A DNA stretch of 32,000 bases from Wallemia ichthyophaga EXF-994 (lineage: Eukaryota > Fungi > Basidiomycota), in assembly GCF_000400465.1 (NCBI RefSeq), contig NW_008806297.1:60524-92523 (forward strand), given 5' to 3'. The notes beneath the pieces were generated by a model. The model did no database searches. It saw only the letters and a program-made list of their open reading frames with translations, and had not been told where the DNA came from. The translations under genes and the position numbers were made by a program. Each line of letters opens with the position of its first letter. Position 1 is the stretch's first letter. Shown here piece after piece: positions 30,920-32,000 of this stretch.

Positions 30920-32000
30920 ATGCACGGCAAAGATATTCGCGACGGTATTTTAATTACCGCTGTTGAGTGGGTGGTGACGTACCTTTTGTCTCTATTTAAC
31001 GCGTTTTTAGAATTTTATCTTTCACGCTAGCGCGCAACTTCTTACTGCGATCTTTATCCCCCACCCTTAAAGACGCTTCACAGAGCAAATCCAATGACGA
31101 CGACGACGATGAGCAGCCAAACGCGCCGCTTCTGCCGACACTCAAATCCACGCTTTCCAAACCGCTGATTCCCTTCATCAAGTCCAAGCTCAGCGCAGTT
31201 ACCTCCCTCAATCACGTCGCATCTGGCTTGATCTTATCGCGCTGGGCTTTCTCAATGGTGTTTGCACAAGCCAGCAAAATCATTTTCATAGCCATCCTCA
31301 ACGCTCTCAACCTCCTCCACACTCCTGCTGTCGATGTCGCCTTCAAAATCTCCTTAGGACTCCTTCTCCTCTTCGTAATCGCTCTGATTCCCTACTTGCA
31401 GTGTTTCCTCTTTGTCAGGCTCCGTCAAGCTTCCACTGCTATCCTAGATTATCAACCACCTATAATCCGCACTATCAAAATCAGTCTCATCCCTTTCCTC
31501 GCCTACGTTCTCCTCTTCTCCACTATCCCTCTCCCTCTATCCACAACCAACAGCCTCTTTGGTAAGGCTATCGTACGCAGTGTCGGTCTTGGTGTCATCA
31601 TTCTCGCTGTTTTGTCCGGTTTCAGTGTTGTTTCTACCACCTTCAACTTTCTCCGAGCCGTCTCTAAGCGTAATTGGCTGCCTGTTTCACACGAAGACAT
31701 TGAAAACTCGGAAAAAGCTCTTATGCACGTCCAGTCTCAACTAAATGACGTGCGTTCGAAAGTACATAGTGCGCAAGTCGCAGCGAGTGCCAAGATGGAA
31801 CAAGATGGCGCAGGTGCAGGTTCCAGTGCCTCCATTATACCCGCCTGGGTTACATCATGGACTCAATCTTCCGCCGTCCCTGCTCCTCTACGCACCGAAC
31901 TCAACGGCCTCACCAGCCTCGAGGAGCAGATGAGGGCTGACCTCGCTGAACTAAAATTCAAACATCAAAGACAGGAGTTTTCACGCACTATCAAGGGTAA
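30920..32000 (+). CDS. GPR89/Golgi pH regulator (GTG-like) membrane protein, runs off the right edge; intron 30967-31010
   Basis: ATG at 30920, a GTGGGT...TAG intron, then an open frame to the window end with several TM helices and RSVGLGVIILAVLSGFSVV, EDIENSEKAL, ELNGLTSLEEQM, EFSRTIKG, which correspond to GPR89 motifs. It is absent from the ORF track because it has no stop in the window. Confidence 0.85.

Noticed and set aside
1-32000. CRISPR array, intact transposon, secondary-metabolite cluster or prokaryotic defence system
   Set aside because: No repeat-spacer array, LTR/TIR pair, transposase/RT/integrase motifs or PKS/NRPS backbone. The content is intron-bearing fungal housekeeping genes.

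Overview
Eukaryotic nuclear DNA from a basidiomycete fungus with an extremely compact genome. Introns are mostly 41-58 nt with GTGAGT/GTGGGT donors and CTAAC/CTGAC/CTCAC branch points, and many intergenic gaps are under 100 bp. This style is consistent with Wallemia (inference, not verified). I reconstruct 18 protein-coding genes by hand splicing, two of them cut by the window edges: a partial unknown CDS, a degenerate ubiquitin-like/'KPVIYL' fusion, heme oxygenase, a disordered CaaX protein, a Ste7/Fuz7 MAPKK, an ELL elongation factor, a single-pass membrane protein, a kinesin-4, a site-2 protease, a BLI-3-like split-barrel protein, Dbf4, mevalonate diphosphate decarboxylase, Mak5 helicase, Dad1, a GST, a CUE protein, a bZIP factor and a Cys-rich membrane protein, followed by a partial GPR89/GPHR (19 loci counting it). 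There are also two intron-containing tRNAs, Ser-CGA and Val-AAC. The most notable oddities are: a ~50-bp mitochondrial/bacterial-type LSU rRNA fragment in an intergenic region (probable NUMT); a heavily diverged UBL-KPVIYL gene lacking the di-Gly; MVD1 and MAK5 start codons only 20 bp apart head-to-head; a CaaX-MAPKK-ELL run with almost no spacers; a 7-nt tRNA intron with an acceptor-stem-mimic hairpin upstream; a tRNA-Val with U73; a 10-bp-periodic AT repeat in a 98-bp bidirectional promoter; and several stop-free 3n introns. I see no evidence of a prokaryote-style system, CRISPR array or intact transposon.
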